NCBI GenBank assembly: GCA_973895155.1
Contig: OZ316898.1
Span: 1,525,927 to 1,589,926 of the forward strand
Source of the DNA: Marsupella aquatica
Taxonomy: Eukaryota; Plantae; Marchantiophyta
Length of the DNA stretch: 64,000 nucleotides
Reading direction: 5' to 3'
Shown: positions 1 through 13,034 of the stretch, piece by piece
Position numbering within the stretch: position 1 is the stretch's first letter
How the letters are laid out: each line of letters begins with the position of its first letter
The notes under the pieces: generated by a model
Databases searched by the model: none
Told to the model about the DNA's origin: nothing
What the model saw: only the letters and a program-made list of their open reading frames with translations
Program-made: the position numbers and the translations under genes

Positions 1-329
1 ACTGAGGTTGTCGTGTGACGACGTACTATTCTCGGAAAAAACCAATTGTTTTGCTACTATCCTGAAAGTCGGATCAATCTCGAGCATTTGAAGGAGGGAA
101 GTTTGTCAGATGTAACTTTCTGAAGTGTGCAGTAGAAAAAAAAAAAAAGAGTTGGCAGAGTATCGTCGAGCAAATTAGACGTTCCTACGGGGCCAAGTTT
201 TTCTCACAAGAATTTATACCTCAAAATGGATCACAACCTGCGTTGGGAGCAACGTTGGCCGGGATGCATGTCTCTAATTTCGAGTTAAACGTCAAAGTAA
301 TGATATGTTTCACATGTTATCGTTTTCAG

Positions 330-2113
330 GGAGATGAGCTTGGAATTGATCGGTCTGACATAAAGACTGTCAGATTAGCTGGTGTAGCTTCTCCCTGGCC
401 AATATTTTATGCATGCCAGGTTTTCTTTGTCCACAGGAGGTGTTTGAAATCAACCGCCTTGCCATATTGCTAGAATAAAACCACGGTCACCAAAATCTCG
501 GGCTGGCTGTATGTCTCGATGTACGGTGAATACTCTTGTGAAGACTCCCAAGGTCTGATGTAGGAATTGATTCACCTCGGTTAATAATTCTGCAAAGCCA
601 ATTGGTACGAGCCGCCATTGCCCCTGGAAGGACATTAAGACTAAGTTGTCGACTTGAACGAGTTGCAGGCCATCTTCACGATGTAAGGCATGGTCCCTTC
701 AGTCATGTGTTTGACAACGAGTTCCTTCCTAAGATACTGCCAGGTCTTAAATGGTTAGTTTCTATGTTTCTTGTCCTCGACTTAAGCTTTTGAATGGAAG
801 TTTTCACATTCCGTGACTTCATCATCCTTTGTTGTTCATCTCTAGTCAAGGCATTGTAGCGAGACGTTCCTGTGCAAGTTGGACAAGATTCTGACTTTCT
901 TTGTTATTCTTTCATTTGTTGCAGGAGCCATGAGCAAATGTCAGCGGACATGATAGATTACATTGTCGATCTCCATCATATTGACATTGATCAAGAAGAA
1001 TTGAAGAAAGTAAAGGTAAGGGAAAGGTCACCAGTTTGCCACGCAATATCAACAAATTTTGGAATTTGTCTGTCAGTCTGGAATGGAGAATCCTGTTTGA
1101 AGCTAGAGAATGGCCAACATAGGCCTTAAACTGCTTGGTACTTCTAGGCTACTCTGGCCGGCATGTTCTGATTGCACGTCGGGAACTGTTGTATACAGGA
1201 TATGATACTCGCAAGCAGTAAAGATCCATCTCATTCTGCAGTAAGAGGACAGAACCATGGCTTGAAATTCAATTGTTTATATAGCAACATTCGTTTCGAA
1301 ATGTGAGGCATGTATTGCAAGAACTTTTTGGAGCTTTAATCATACCCTTTGTATGTGAATGAAAGCTGTGGAAGTCCAATAGCATCGTATTTATATTAGA
1401 CTGTGAGTCTTTTATTTATTTCTTGAATTTGATCTAAGCATTAATGTTATTTGTAATGTCTTTGGATTAAACTACCACTGATGTCCGTGATGTGGGTTAC
1501 TAGACAGTTTGTAAAGCACGATGGCAAATGATTTGTTGAGCTTGTTTTGCGGCAAATGGGGTGCTAACACAGTGCTGCTTCATGTGTTCTTGATTCAGGG
1601 ACGGAGTGAGAAAGGCTTCATTTATGATATTGTAGCTAATGGACGCAATGGGATAGATGTTGACAAGTAGGTTCTTTACTCTAGAGTTGTAGTTCTTAAA
1701 TGAATCAATGCAAGGAATGATAGGTCTCAAACATACAATCGCCGTACCGAATTGAAATTCCAGAGCAGTTGTCTCTGCATTCAGAGACCAAAATCTTTCT
1801 CCAGTTGAATCTCCTTAATTGAGGGTGCTACCTTGGAGGCAACCTCATAGTTTATATTCAGCCACGGGAGCATCAGACATTGCTGACAGTAATGCAAATT
1901 TCTTTTTGCTGATTTGATTATATTGAAAGAGATGCTCGAGCATGTGGTCTTCGAACAAGCTTTAGTTATTCCAGGTAATCATCACATAATTTCGCCACTA
2001 TTTTGATTGCAAGTCATTTAGTTTCAGTTGACGTTCTGAACCTGCTTATTGATGCAGGCTGATGGAGAATATGGGGGTCATGGACGATGAAATCCGTTTT
2101 AGAGCCAAAGAAG
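330..2113 (+). pseudogene. SAMHD1: SAMHD1/VEN4-like HD-domain dNTP triphosphohydrolase, internal exons only, probable pseudogene
   Basis: Exons 330-381, 669-753, 925-1015, 1199-1240, 1599-1666, 1912-1974 and 2058-2113 join in frame to [36 protein letters not shown]...SHEQMS...FIYDIVANGRNGIDVDKFDYIERDARACG...MDDEIRFRAKE. The acceptor before 1912 is TG instead of AG, the family motif GLLHDxGHGPFSH reads [13 protein letters not shown], and no downstream exons were found. The 5' part may lie upstream of the window. Confidence 0.85.
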
Positions 2114-3640
2114 GTGAACTGCGTGCCACACCTTAAAATTTTGCTGAAACTTATTATTGTCAAGTCATTCGTTGTAGAGGTTCGGTTGACTCTCCCGTCG
2201 TTCAAGTTCTGTTTCTGGTGTGACATATTTAATTTTACTTATAGTTCTGATCCTTTTAGGTTTAAGGGGCTCCTTGTAATTCACCTCTCACAGAAGATTC
2301 TGGAGTCTGCAGAGACTTGTAGATCCTTAGTAACGAGAATTATATTTACTGGTTATTGAGATCCTGTCATAAGTTTTTACGCATTGCCTATAAGAGGTTG
2401 CATTTTTCTACGAAAACCGATTTTCCACTTCTACTGCAGATCCCTCTGTCGCCATATTAAACTAGCTCGGAAGATTTTTCAAGGCGGGGCGGAGAGAATG
2501 CCAATTTGTCATTCTCGTAATCTGTGTTCTAATTGTTTTCCCCACATTGAGCACAGCTGAGCGTGACAGCCCCGACAGAGAATTCCTGGGACTGAGATTT
2601 TGGATGGAATCCAGTACAGGAGGAGGAAATAAGAGTCCAGCAGCGCAAGCCTACCTCAATACCCGGTACACCGACGCTGGGCTGTGGTTTCACAGCAGAA
2701 GAAAGAATCGACTGCGGATGAGCAGATTCAGAATCCTCGGCAGCAAGAGGGAAGAGGAGGCTGTTCTGGGAGAATTTTCCTGCGGGAGCTGAACGCGACC
2801 ACTGAAGGCAGTTCGCGTGGACGAAATCCCGCGTGCGAAGATTTCGCCATATCCTCGATGTCGTCCATTTCTCTGTACAGTTCGCTTCCCCAACTCTCTA
2901 ATTCCATCCAATTGATTCTGCCATGGCTCTCATTTCTTCAGCCCTTTCCTTTTCGGAACGAACAACTCTGGAAAACTACGAGATACACAGTTATTAGGCT
3001 TTGTGCTATGCAAAGATTAGTCAGGACATTGGGGGAAACTGGAAAGGGTAAAAACTCTCATAGCATAAACCTTAGTACCCACCCTCCCAAAGAAGAAAAT
3101 AAGTTCCATTCCAGCTTGCAGCTCGCAAATCACTAAACTGGCAGCTCGGTCCTCCACTCACCAAATGTCATTCACTCAGCCTCCTTGCTCCCAATAGCAA
3201 AAAAAAGGATAAAGTGTGAGTAGCTTGAAGTGCACACAGTAAATGGTCGAGACGGAGCTCCCCAACCTGCAGCCGCGACGTGAGAATCGCCAAGTTCTCC
3301 AAAAGAGACACAATGCAAAGAAACACAAGAAAAACCAGGCCCTTAACCAAGTGGATGGGTCACAAGGCTACGCTGCACAAAATTACACACCTACTAGATA
3401 TGTTAAGAAGATGATTGCATCACTCTGAGTATCAAAACGATGTGTGAGATATGTCCAGCTTCATTTTCCAAATATTTTTGAAAACCAAGAGTTAAGTGGA
3501 ATTGAGTTGAAGAGAGTGATGCATCATGGAAGAAGAATCCTTCTCTCTCCAAGGACTGACTAGGTTACTTGCATCACCACATGTGTCAAGTCACTCTCTA
3601 ACAATTGTGGTTCATTATGTTTTCGGGCCAAATTGGCTAA

Positions 3641-3951
3641 TTAGAGAGTAACACCAGGATGGACTCATGCCTGGCAAAAGCAAAAAAAATTACCCCACTT
3701 TAATTTCTGTTTTATATTATACTTGTATTGTATGAACACTCTCAGACCACTAAACATGATAATTCTCTTTATGACCATGTAAATAATATGCAAGTTAGAG
3801 AGTAACACCAGGATGAACTCATGCCTAAAAAAAGCAAAAAAAAAATTACCCTACTTTAATTTCTGTTTTATATTATACTTGTATTGTATGAACACTCTCG
3901 GACCTTTAAACATGATAATTCTCTTCATGACCATGTAAACAATATGCAAGT
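3641..3951. repeat. tandem duplication, two ~155-bp units
   Basis: ttagagagtaacaccaggatg...aatatgcaag starts at 3641 and again at 3796. Confidence 0.9.
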
Positions 3952-3991
3952 AAGGATGCCAAAAAGGATGCCCACATGGATTACCTTCTTG

Positions 3992-4203
3992 AAGGTACAG
4001 TATCCAAACTATCCATGAACATATTCAAACTAATACATGGTTGTATGAATTTGGCCACCCTGGAACAATAGAGTGAAGTTGAACACAATTAATACAAGGT
4101 ACTATATTCAAACTATCCATGAATATGTTGAAACTAATACATGGTTGCATGAATTTGGTCACCCTGGCACAATAGAGTGAAATTGAACATAATTAATACA
4201 AGC
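3992..4203. repeat. tandem duplication, two ~105-bp units
   Basis: caaactatccatgaa...caatagagtgaa...aattaatacaag occurs twice head-to-tail. Confidence 0.85.
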
Positions 4204-4622
4204 TGCCTCTGAGTTTACAACAGGAACCCAAGCTCAATCATGATTTTCCTACCCTCAAAAGGGTTATTAATTTTCGTTCATTATACAAAATCCTGAAGTT
4301 AGAAGTTACAATATGGACCGAACCTCACCATTCTGTGCTGGTAGTTTTGACCAACAGAATAACTCAAGGCACTACTGAAATGATGCAGACATGGAATTTT
4401 TTGGTACTCCCACATGGGCCTTTGTAGCTAACGAGTTCACTTGTGCAAAGGCACATAAAAGACAAAGCAATTGTTGTGGAGAATGGTGCACTTTCATGTA
4501 ACAACATCGAATCCCTATGTGATCCCTATGTATTGGACAAAGAAGTGAGATTTATTGTGGATGAGATATGGAGAGATGCTAGGATTTGACATTAATCACA
4601 CCATATACTTTAGCTTAGTCCA

Positions 4623-4954
4623 TGTTAAGGATTGCTCTTAGTCTTGTGACTCATAGGTTATGGCACTTAGGCTAACCACAGTTAGGATCTTAGCTGAGGT
4701 TAGATTAGTCATGTGTGACCTTGTATATACCAGGGCTAGTGTAAGCCGCTGGTGGGTGGTGCTTACTCATTGTAACAGAACAACAGGAGGAAGAGAGAGA
4801 GCATGTGTGTTCGTCTACTCTTGAAGTAAAGCTTGAGTGTTCGTGTGGACGTAGCCTTGGAGAAGAGGTGAACCACGTAGAGATTATGTCGACTACGTGT
4901 GCATGGAATGAGTCATGGTTGTATGGTCGTTGCGAATGACGTCTTAGTTCAACA
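4623..4954 (+). repeat. 5' LTR
   Basis: tgttaaggattg...ttagttcaaca; I count 4 substitutions against the 3' LTR. Confidence 0.97.
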
Positions 4955-4956
4955 AT

Positions 4957-4968
4957 TGGTATCAGAGC
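4957..4968 (+). promoter_or_regulatory. primer-binding site (tRNA-iMet)
   Basis: TGGTATCAGAGC, 2 nt after the 5' LTR. Confidence 0.95.
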
Positions 4969-5820
4969 AAGCCTGGGAGGTGACGTTGAGGTGATCAAAA
5001 TTTTCGTGACGTGTTGGTGACGGTTTTTCCAGCGGTTAGAGTTGGTGGATTTCACGGAGATCTATCGCATGGAACTTGGAGGTGTTGGGCTCAACGGATA
5101 GATCGGGGCAAGGGCTTTCCGACGGTGCAAAGAAATCTCTGAACAGAGTTCGTGGTGCGGAGGAATTGACGTTTCCGTCGTTCTGGATTTTTTGTGATTC
5201 GTGTTCGACGGTTTTCTTCGACGGTTCTTTTTGGGGGGAACTGAGATCGTTTTCCCGACGGTGTGAGCTTTGTGGTGCGCGAGGCGTCACAACCTTTAGC
5301 TCAAATCGTAGATCGGGCAAAGCTGATCATTTCGGTAGCTGGTTTGCTATCGAGGGTGTAGTGAGTGCGATGTACCAAGCAAAAGAGCCGTTCTGAGTTT
5401 CTGACTGGCTATGGAGTCTTCTTTTGACTGAAGCGGGGTTTCTAGTCGTTGCGTTCGACTCAAAGGAAGAAACGGGAAGTGCAACGGCTCAACGGAGAGA
5501 TCGCGGTGCAGTGGTCATTTTGAGTCCAAGATTGACACTTGACGCGGAGTGAAGGAGTCGTGACGGGAATTTTTTACTCTGCTAGAGTTGCAAACGGTGC
5601 CGGTGCAATTCGGTAACATTTCCCGTCGACAACTAGTCTTTATCTGGTGTAAAGTGATAACGGCAGTGTGAGTAACCCAACAATTTTTATTTTTTATTTT
5701 TTGTGCACATTTTGCCTTAGAATAGGGCCTTTTTGGTGGTGTGTATACACACCCTCCCGACCCTTGCACCGATGTCAATACCCCATTGGCGACCCCCTCC
5801 TCCTCGCTAATACTCTCATC

Positions 5821-5940
5821 GCGGACGTCCCGGCCGTCCCAGACGTCACGGCCGTCCCGGACGTCGCAACCGGCGCGGACGTCGCAGCCGGCACGGACGT
5901 CCCAGACGTCGCGGCCGGCGCAGACGTCCTGGTCGTCGCA
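5821..5940. repeat. GC-rich 9/18-bp periodic repeat in the retrotransposon leader
   Basis: GACGTC at 5824, 5842, 5860, 5878, 5896, 5905 and 5923. Confidence 0.9.
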
Positions 5941-6617
5941 GCTCCATCCCTGCCCATTTTGACTCGGTTTTTGACTCCTTGACCCCCTGTGCACTGCCTT
6001 TTTTAAGACAGTATTTTTGTGTTCTTAAACCCCCTTAGGCCCGGTTTTTTAATCCTTTCCAGGCTCCTCATTGGTTAAGCGGCATCTCGGGCCTGGTGAC
6101 CCACCAAATTAACCGCTTGGACAGGGGGAACGGCCCCCTGTGAGACCTGTTTCACAATCCAAGGAATATTTCGAAAAAACAGAGAGCTGTTTTTCGGCCT
6201 TTAGTCGAAGATTCCAGGGTCCGAACGGTAACTTTTTCGGATCTTTTTTGGCGAGAACGTAGCCACTGAAGCTAGCAACGCGGTGCACCACTCGATTTCC
6301 ATTTCCGACGACGGGTGGTACTTGGATATTTTCTTATTCCCCGAGGTGGTCAAAACGGGAGAGAATTTTTGAGTTTTACCCACCCTGACCGAAATGTAAA
6401 AAAGTTTTTCGTCGGAACTCGGTTTCAATTTTGGATTTCAGCGTTGGCTTGCTAGGTTGGTGGGCTAAGTGGCGGTGACAAGTTTCAAGGTTTTTGGAAA
6501 GTTGCAAAAAACGACATTTTTTCGTGATTTGGATTTGAGTCAACGCGAAGGAAGGAAGGAAAAAGCATATAGGGAGCAGCACAGCAATAGCACGTGGAGA
6601 ACGTTGGGAGGACAACG

Positions 6618-9600
6618 ATGGCATCCAAGTTTGGAGGTGTCAAGTTTGAGGTGGAAAAATATGATGGGCGCACCGATTATTTGCTATGGGAGAAGCAGGT
6701 TAAGGGAATTCTTCGTGCTATGGGCCTAGATCATCTGCTATCGACTCGGGAGGAGTCTAGCAGTGAGGAGGAGATCCCGTTGAGGAAATGGAGGCAAGAG
6801 CAAGTGATTGTTGTGAATGCGGTTATGCTGTATCTGAAGCCGCATATCATTAAGAACTCGGGGGTTTCACTTCCACAAAAATGGCACATCACGTGCGACA
6901 AAGTATAGGGTTGATTTATTGGTTTGAAGGAAAGAATTAAGAATTTTTGTAGAAGAACAATAGGGTCCTTTAAATTCAATTTTGAGACTTATAATAACAT
7001 TAGGGTCTTTCTAACCAAATTTTTGGAATATTCTTGGAATATTCCAACTTTATAGGGGTTGAAAAATAAATTTTTTTCTTACATTTTAGGGGGTCTGAGG
7101 CCTAAAAACGTCGCAGGGGATGGGGAGACATCCATATAGTGAGACCCCTGAGATTAAGAAGCTGGACGACTACGAGGATTGCGTATCCTTATTCAAGACC
7201 CTCAGAGAGAAGTACTACCGAGAGGATGCCTCAGATCGGTTGTACAAGAAGTCTCTCTTGATGAGCTTGAGACTAAAAGAAGGAGGCAAGCTTCGAGATC
7301 ACTTGGATGAATTCGACAGCCTAGCTGTAGATTTGTCAAATCTTGGCAAGGGAGTGGAAGATGAAGATAAGGCATTGCTTCTTCTCAGTTCCTTACCCCC
7401 ATCATATCAAGGTTTGAAGCAGGTTCTCTTGTATAGAGATCTCAAAACCATTTCATATGATGAGGTGGTAAGCTCTTTGTTGTCAGATGATGCACAGAAG
7501 AAACTGGGTCATGCCCAGACACCATCTTCATCTGGCAGTGCATTGAATGTGAACCGCGGGAGGACTCAACAGCGGATGACTGGTGAAAACAGGTCCTTTT
7601 CACAAACGTACCCCTCACGGAATAGAGGCAAGGAGAAGGCTTGGTCTAAGTCTAGATCCAGGTCTAGAGAGAAATCTCTAGAAAGGAAACCAATTATATG
7701 CTGGAAATGTAACAAGCCTGGCCACATGAAACGAGACTGTCGAGTCAAGCAGACTCATCAACCATCAGCGAACGCAGCCACTGATGTTGATATGATTGAC
7801 TTGCTTGATGATGAAATCTTGTGAAGTCCAGATGTTGCCCTTTGCATTTCATCCAGTAACAACGGTGATGAATGGATTTTAGACTGTGCCTGTACCTATC
7901 ATATTTGTTGTATGAAAGAGTTTTTTAGTTCTTACTCAGTATCAACCGGTTCCGTGTTGATGGAGAATGATCATCCTTGTCAAATTATTGGAATTGGATC
8001 CGTGAAAATTTGGATGTTTGATGGAGCTGTGCGAACAGTGAGTAATGTCAGACACATACCTGACATGAAAAAGAACTTGATTTCTCTTGGAATGTTGGAA
8101 GCAAATGGATGTCGGTGGAGTTCTGCTGATGGTATTCTTCAAGTGTCAACCGGAGGCAAGGTTGTCATGAAGGGTAAGCGGCACAGGAATCTATACCTGT
8201 TGGAGGGCAACGTGATTTGTGAAGAAGCCAATGTAACTAGATCTCAATGCGAGATGACTCAGTTGTGGCACTGCAGATTGGGACACATGAGTGAAAAAGG
8301 TTTGGCGGTACTTCGCAGGCAAGGACTTCTTTCTAATTTGGAATCTACTAAGCTAGATTTTTGTGAACACTGTGTGCTTGGGAAGCAGCACAGGAGAACC
8401 TTTGGTGTTGGAACTCACAATACCAAAGCTATACTTGAGTATGTACATAGTGATGTGTGGGGTTCAGCCCCAACTCCCTCACTTTCTGGAAAATTGTACT
8501 ATGTCACGTTCATTGATGATTACTCACGGTATGTGTGGATCACATTTCTACACGCCAAGTCTGAAGTTTTTGGCACTTTTAAGAAGTGGAAAGCCCAAAT
8601 TGAGAATCAGACTGGCTCCAAGGTGAGATATCTGCGATCAGATAACGGCGGGGAGTATAGTTCAAGTGAATTTGAACTATATTGTGTAGAGCAAGGGATT
8701 ACTCGTCATCTCACGACAGTTTATACTCCTCAACAGAATAGTGTTTGTGAGCGGCTAAACCGAACACTATTGGAGCGATCAAGGAGTATGTTGAGCCAAT
8801 CAGATTTACCGCATGAATTTTGGGCTGAAGCTATAAATACGGCAGCTTATTTGGTAAATCTTTCTCCTTCAAGTGCAATCAATTTCAAGACGCCGTTTGA
8901 AATGAGGTATGGACAACACGCAGACTATCAGGTTTTGAGAGTCTTTGGAAGTGATGCATATGCTCTCACACCTAAGCAGAATCGATCTAAACTAGATTCT
9001 ACTTCCAAGAAGTGTCTTTTTCTTGGTTATCAACCAGGTGTGAAAGGTTACAGGCTATGGGATCCAGAAGCTTGTACGTTGCTTGTCAGTAGAGATGTAT
9101 CCTTTAATGAATCCAGATCATCAAAGGAGGGGGAGAATGCTCAGGCTTCCCGTACTGACAAAGGTAAATCTCCTATCCTGGACCATGTTGTGGGGGAGAT
9201 TGGTCATGAGAGTTTTCATGACATAAATGAAGGAGGTGCTCCGAGAATGGAGCTGGTTCTGGTAATGGAACAAGAGGAGCAGGCTGTTGATGGAATACCT
9301 CAAATTCAACCAACAGAACAAGATCAACCAGAATCATCAGCTAGAAAATCGAGACGTACTACTCGAGCTCCTACAAGGTATGGACAATAGATAGATTCAT
9401 CAAGGTTAGATGATGTTGACATTGCACCTGATGATGATGACAGAGCACTGATCTTGGAAGAAGGAGAACCTTCTTCTTATCATGAGGCGTGCATTTCAGA
9501 CGAGAAAGATGAATGGAATGCAGCGATGCAGAGGGAGTTGCAATCTTTAAGTTACAATAGAACATGGGAGCTGGTGCAGCTGCCAAGTGATCAACAAGTG

Positions 9601-11052
9601 GTGGATAGCAAGTGGATTTACAAGCTGAAGGACAACTCTTCAGATGGAGGAGACAAGATATACAAGGCAAGGCTTGTTGCCAAGGGATTCACTCAAGAGA
9701 AGGGAATGGATTACAATGAGGTCTTCTCTCCAGTTGCCAAGTATTCCACGATACGAATTTTGTGTCAACTTGTTGTGTTTTTTGATCTGGTGTTAGATCA
9801 AATGGATGTTGTTACTGCTTTTCTCTATGGCACCTTGGAGGAACAAATTTTCATGAGGCAACCACTGGGCTTTGTGAAGAAGGGCCAAGAGAGTTTAGTT
9901 TGCAGGTTACTTAAGTCCTTGTATGGATTGAAGCAAGCTCCTCGGCAGTGGAACAAGCGGTTTGATGATTTCATGCTTGCACAAGGATTCACTAGGATGG
10001 TGTATGACCCTTGTGTGTATACGAAATCAGTCAAGAATGGTGTGTTTGGTTTGCTCATTCTGGTGCTCTATGTGGATGACATGTTGATTGTGGCTAAGGA
10101 TCAAACTGAGGTTGACAAACTCAAAGCAAAATTGAGTTCTGAATTCCGAATGAAGGATCTTGGAAAAGCCAAGAGGATCTTAGGTATGGAGATTACGAGG
10201 AACTTTGAAACTGGACAGTTGTGGTTGAATCAAGGCAAGTATGCTGAAAAGGTACTTGCAAGATTCAACATGGAAAATTGTAAGCCAGTAAGTATTCCTT
10301 TGGCTCCACATTTCAAGTTATCATCGGCTTTCTGCCCCACGGATCCAGTGGAGAGAGGTTTGATGACTAAGGTTCCATATGAGAAGGCAGTGGGCAGTCT
10401 AATGTATTTGATGACATGTACCAGGCCTGATCTAGCCCTAGCAATGGGCAAAGTGAGTAGATTCATGTCAAATCCAGGGAAGGTACATTGGGAGGCTGTG
10501 AAATGGATTCTCAGGTATCTTAAGGGCACAATAGACTATGGTCTATTGTTTGATAGTAGATCAAACAAAACCAAATCTTTGGTTGGCTATGTAGATTCTG
10601 ACTACGGAGGCTGTCTGGAAACAAGGAGGTCAACGACTAGGTATGTGTTTACTCTTGGAAGAGGATGCATAAGTTGGAGATCTACCTTGCAGAAGTGTGT
10701 ATCTCAGTCTACTACAGAAGCAGAATATGTTGCAGCAGCAGAAGCAGCAAAGGAAGCAATTTGGTTGGATAAGCTGGTCACTGAGATGGGATTGGAGCAT
10801 GGAAAAATGACTTTTCATTGTGACAGCCAAAGTGCGCTTCACCTAGCTATTAACCAGGTTATGGATAGCAGGGTGAAACACATTGACATCAGGTACCATT
10901 TTATTAGGCAAGCAGTGTGTGATAAAATGTTTGAGCTAGTCAAGATTGATGGAAAGCTCAACCCGGCTGATGCTTTTACCAAAGTGATTCCTTTGGAGAG
11001 TTACTCAAGACACCGTGCTACTTTGCAAGTTTTGCATTTGCAGCACACGTAG
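6618..11052 (+). pseudogene. copia gag-pol polyprotein, disrupted by a TIR insertion and two in-frame stops
   Basis: MASKFGGVKFEVEKYDG start; CCHC knuckle CWKCNKPGHMKRDC; protease WILDCACTYH; integrase LWHCRLGHMS..CEHC, HSDVWG, RSDNGGEY; RT YVDDML; RNase H DSDYGG, KHIDIRYHFIR. In-frame TGA at 7822-7824 and TAG at 9388-9390. Confidence 0.95.
6857..7152. mobile_element. non-autonomous TIR DNA transposon (MITE-like, 8-bp TSD, hAT-like) nested in gag
   Basis: 15-bp TIRs CTCGGGGGTTTCACT / AGTGAGACCCCTGAG (2 mismatches); TSD ATTAAGAA at 6849-6856 and 7153-7160; removal restores ...LKPHIIKKLDDYED... Confidence 0.93.
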
Positions 11053-11245
11053 AGTAACTTAACAATATGTAATTTATGTATATGGGTTACTCAATCCTGT
11101 TATGGCTACGGCTTAATTCTAGTTAACCCTTAGTTAACCTTAAATGGTTTTTAGGGGGACACCTATGGTTTTAGGTGATTGTCTAGAATTTCCCGCTGAG
11201 TATCTCATATGGATAGCAGAAATTGCAGTCCCCAAGACTAGAGTC

Positions 11246-11254
11246 AAGGGGGAG
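11246..11254 (+). promoter_or_regulatory. polypurine tract
   Basis: AAGGGGGAG just before the 3' LTR. Confidence 0.85.
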
Positions 11255-11256
11255 TT

Positions 11257-11588
11257 TGTTAAGGATTGCTCTTAGTCTTGTGACTCATAGGTTACGGCAC
11301 TTAGGCTAACCACAGTTAGGATCTTAGCTGAGGTTAGATTAGTCGTGTGTGACCTTGTATATACCAAGGCTAGTGTAAGCCGCTGGTGGGTGGTGCTTAC
11401 TCATTGTAACAGAACAACAGGAGGAAGAGAGAGAGCATGTGTGTTCGTCTACTCTTGAAGTAAAGCTTGAGTGTTCGTGTGGACGTAGCCTTGGAGAAGA
11501 GGTGAACCACGTAGAGATTGTGTCGACTACGTGTGCATGGAATGAGTCATGGTTGTATGGTCGTTGCGAATGACGTCTTAGTTCAACA
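11257..11588 (+). repeat. 3' LTR
   Basis: Matches the 5' LTR and is followed by TSD GTCCA. Confidence 0.97.
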
Positions 11589-12456
11589 GTCCAGTTAAGG
11601 TGGAGGTTAGGGCATTAGTATGTATGTTAAAAGGTTAACCAATCTTCTTGTTAAATCTTTCACCAAATTCTCAATCTTATATATTTCAATTCAACCTTAT
11701 GTCATTATATGACATCAATAAATGTTCTTTACCTTGTGGTTGATTCTTGGTTCTTTAGCACTACTGTACAAGACATGGCTCTTTACAACCATAGTAAATG
11801 CAGCACAAGGTTTTGATTTCTTGCCTCCGTTGCTCATCAGTGAACCACAAGTAAAATACATTTCTGTTTTCTGGACAGTGAAGGAGTTCAAACAAGACAA
11901 AAGCGCCATCCTAGGAAACATGATCCAAACCAACATACCAAATAAGTAGCAAAAACAGGGGAAAACACAAGGAACCCAAAGAGCCAAAAGCCCAAGAGTC
12001 CCAACATACGAGCCCAACATAAGAGGTAGGTCTAAACTCACAAAATCTACAAGTAGACATGTCACTAGACACATAAGGCTGGGACTTGAAATGGGTTTAT
12101 AGAAAACTACATGAATCTGCTTGGCAAACCATAGGAAGACTCCTAATCAAGTTGGAGCTTTGTTCCAAGACTTTGTGGACTGTGTTTTGGGGAGAGAGCA
12201 TCCTGCATATAATCAATTGGCCAGGGGATGAGATATGAACAAAGAAGTCTCTTCAATTTCTCTAGCACAAATCCAAAAAAATTGCAAGGTATCACTGGCT
12301 TGTCTAGTAAATCTGCGGCATAACTGGCATCTGGCAACTTTGTAAAGAACCTTAAAGTCACAGAAGCAGAAACCAATGTTAAACAGCACACGGAAGCAAA
12401 AGGACTCTTAATGTTATTACCAGCCATTCACAGTCCTAACTTATTGTGAACTCACC

Positions 12457-13034
12457 TCATCCTCGAGGCACATTGATGGCAAGGATGCAATTGGCATAGG
12501 TAAGATGAATTAACCCCATCACCGTTCCTGCAGGTTGGGAGTTGATGACCGGGCAAACTCCAGGTCCCGGAGTAGAAATCCGCTGGACAACAGCATGAGC
12601 TGCAATGGAATAGTGATGGAAGAACAGGCCCATCGAAGGCAAGGCAACTGGTGGTCCAACTGCATAAAAGGGGCTCCCTGGGCGAATGCAATATCTTGAA
12701 GAGGCTGATAAGCTGTCAAAATGGAGTTCGCCTCCAAAATGATCTCATATTGGTGACTGTCCAAAGGTATAACTTGAGCACCAGATGGAGGTCCAGCCCC
12801 AACAAAATGTAACAGAGGATCATAGGGCCCTAGGGTGATCGCATCGGAATCTGGTGTCTCGGCAAGGCAGGAGTCGACGTAAAATCGATGCGCTGCATCA
12901 CCGAGACAGACCTCTATGGTGTGAAGTGCTGACTTCCCTCTTCCATACACATGGTAGTCTGCACCTTGCTCTCGCATCCCATGGATGCTCCTGTCCGATA
13001 ATCTGGCCCATGACCCATGTATCATGGAGAAAAT
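12457..13034 (-). pseudogene. unidentified ~190-codon exon, frameshifted copy
   Basis: IFSMIHGSWARLSDRSIHGMREQGADYHVYGRG...; 1-nt deletion after GAPF relative to the copy at 22319-22875; CAG acceptor upstream and G|GTGAGT donor 1 nt after the stop. Confidence 0.6.

Larger units (their letters stand above)
4623..11588 (+). mobile_element. full-length Ty1/copia LTR retrotransposon (Tnt1/Tork-like gag N-terminus)
   Basis: Two 332-bp TG...CA LTRs, 5-bp TSD GTCCA (4618-4622 and 11589-11593), tRNA-iMet PBS, PPT, domain order gag-PR-IN-RT-RH. Confidence 0.98.

Noticed and set aside
2547-3136. Overlapping ORFs downstream of the SAMHD1-like fragment
   Set aside because: No recognisable motifs or splice structure; not the missing SAMHD1 exons
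5515-5994. ORFs with DVRAG/VPDV/RTSQ repeats
   Set aside because: By-products of a GC-rich 9-bp-period repeat that is open in several frames
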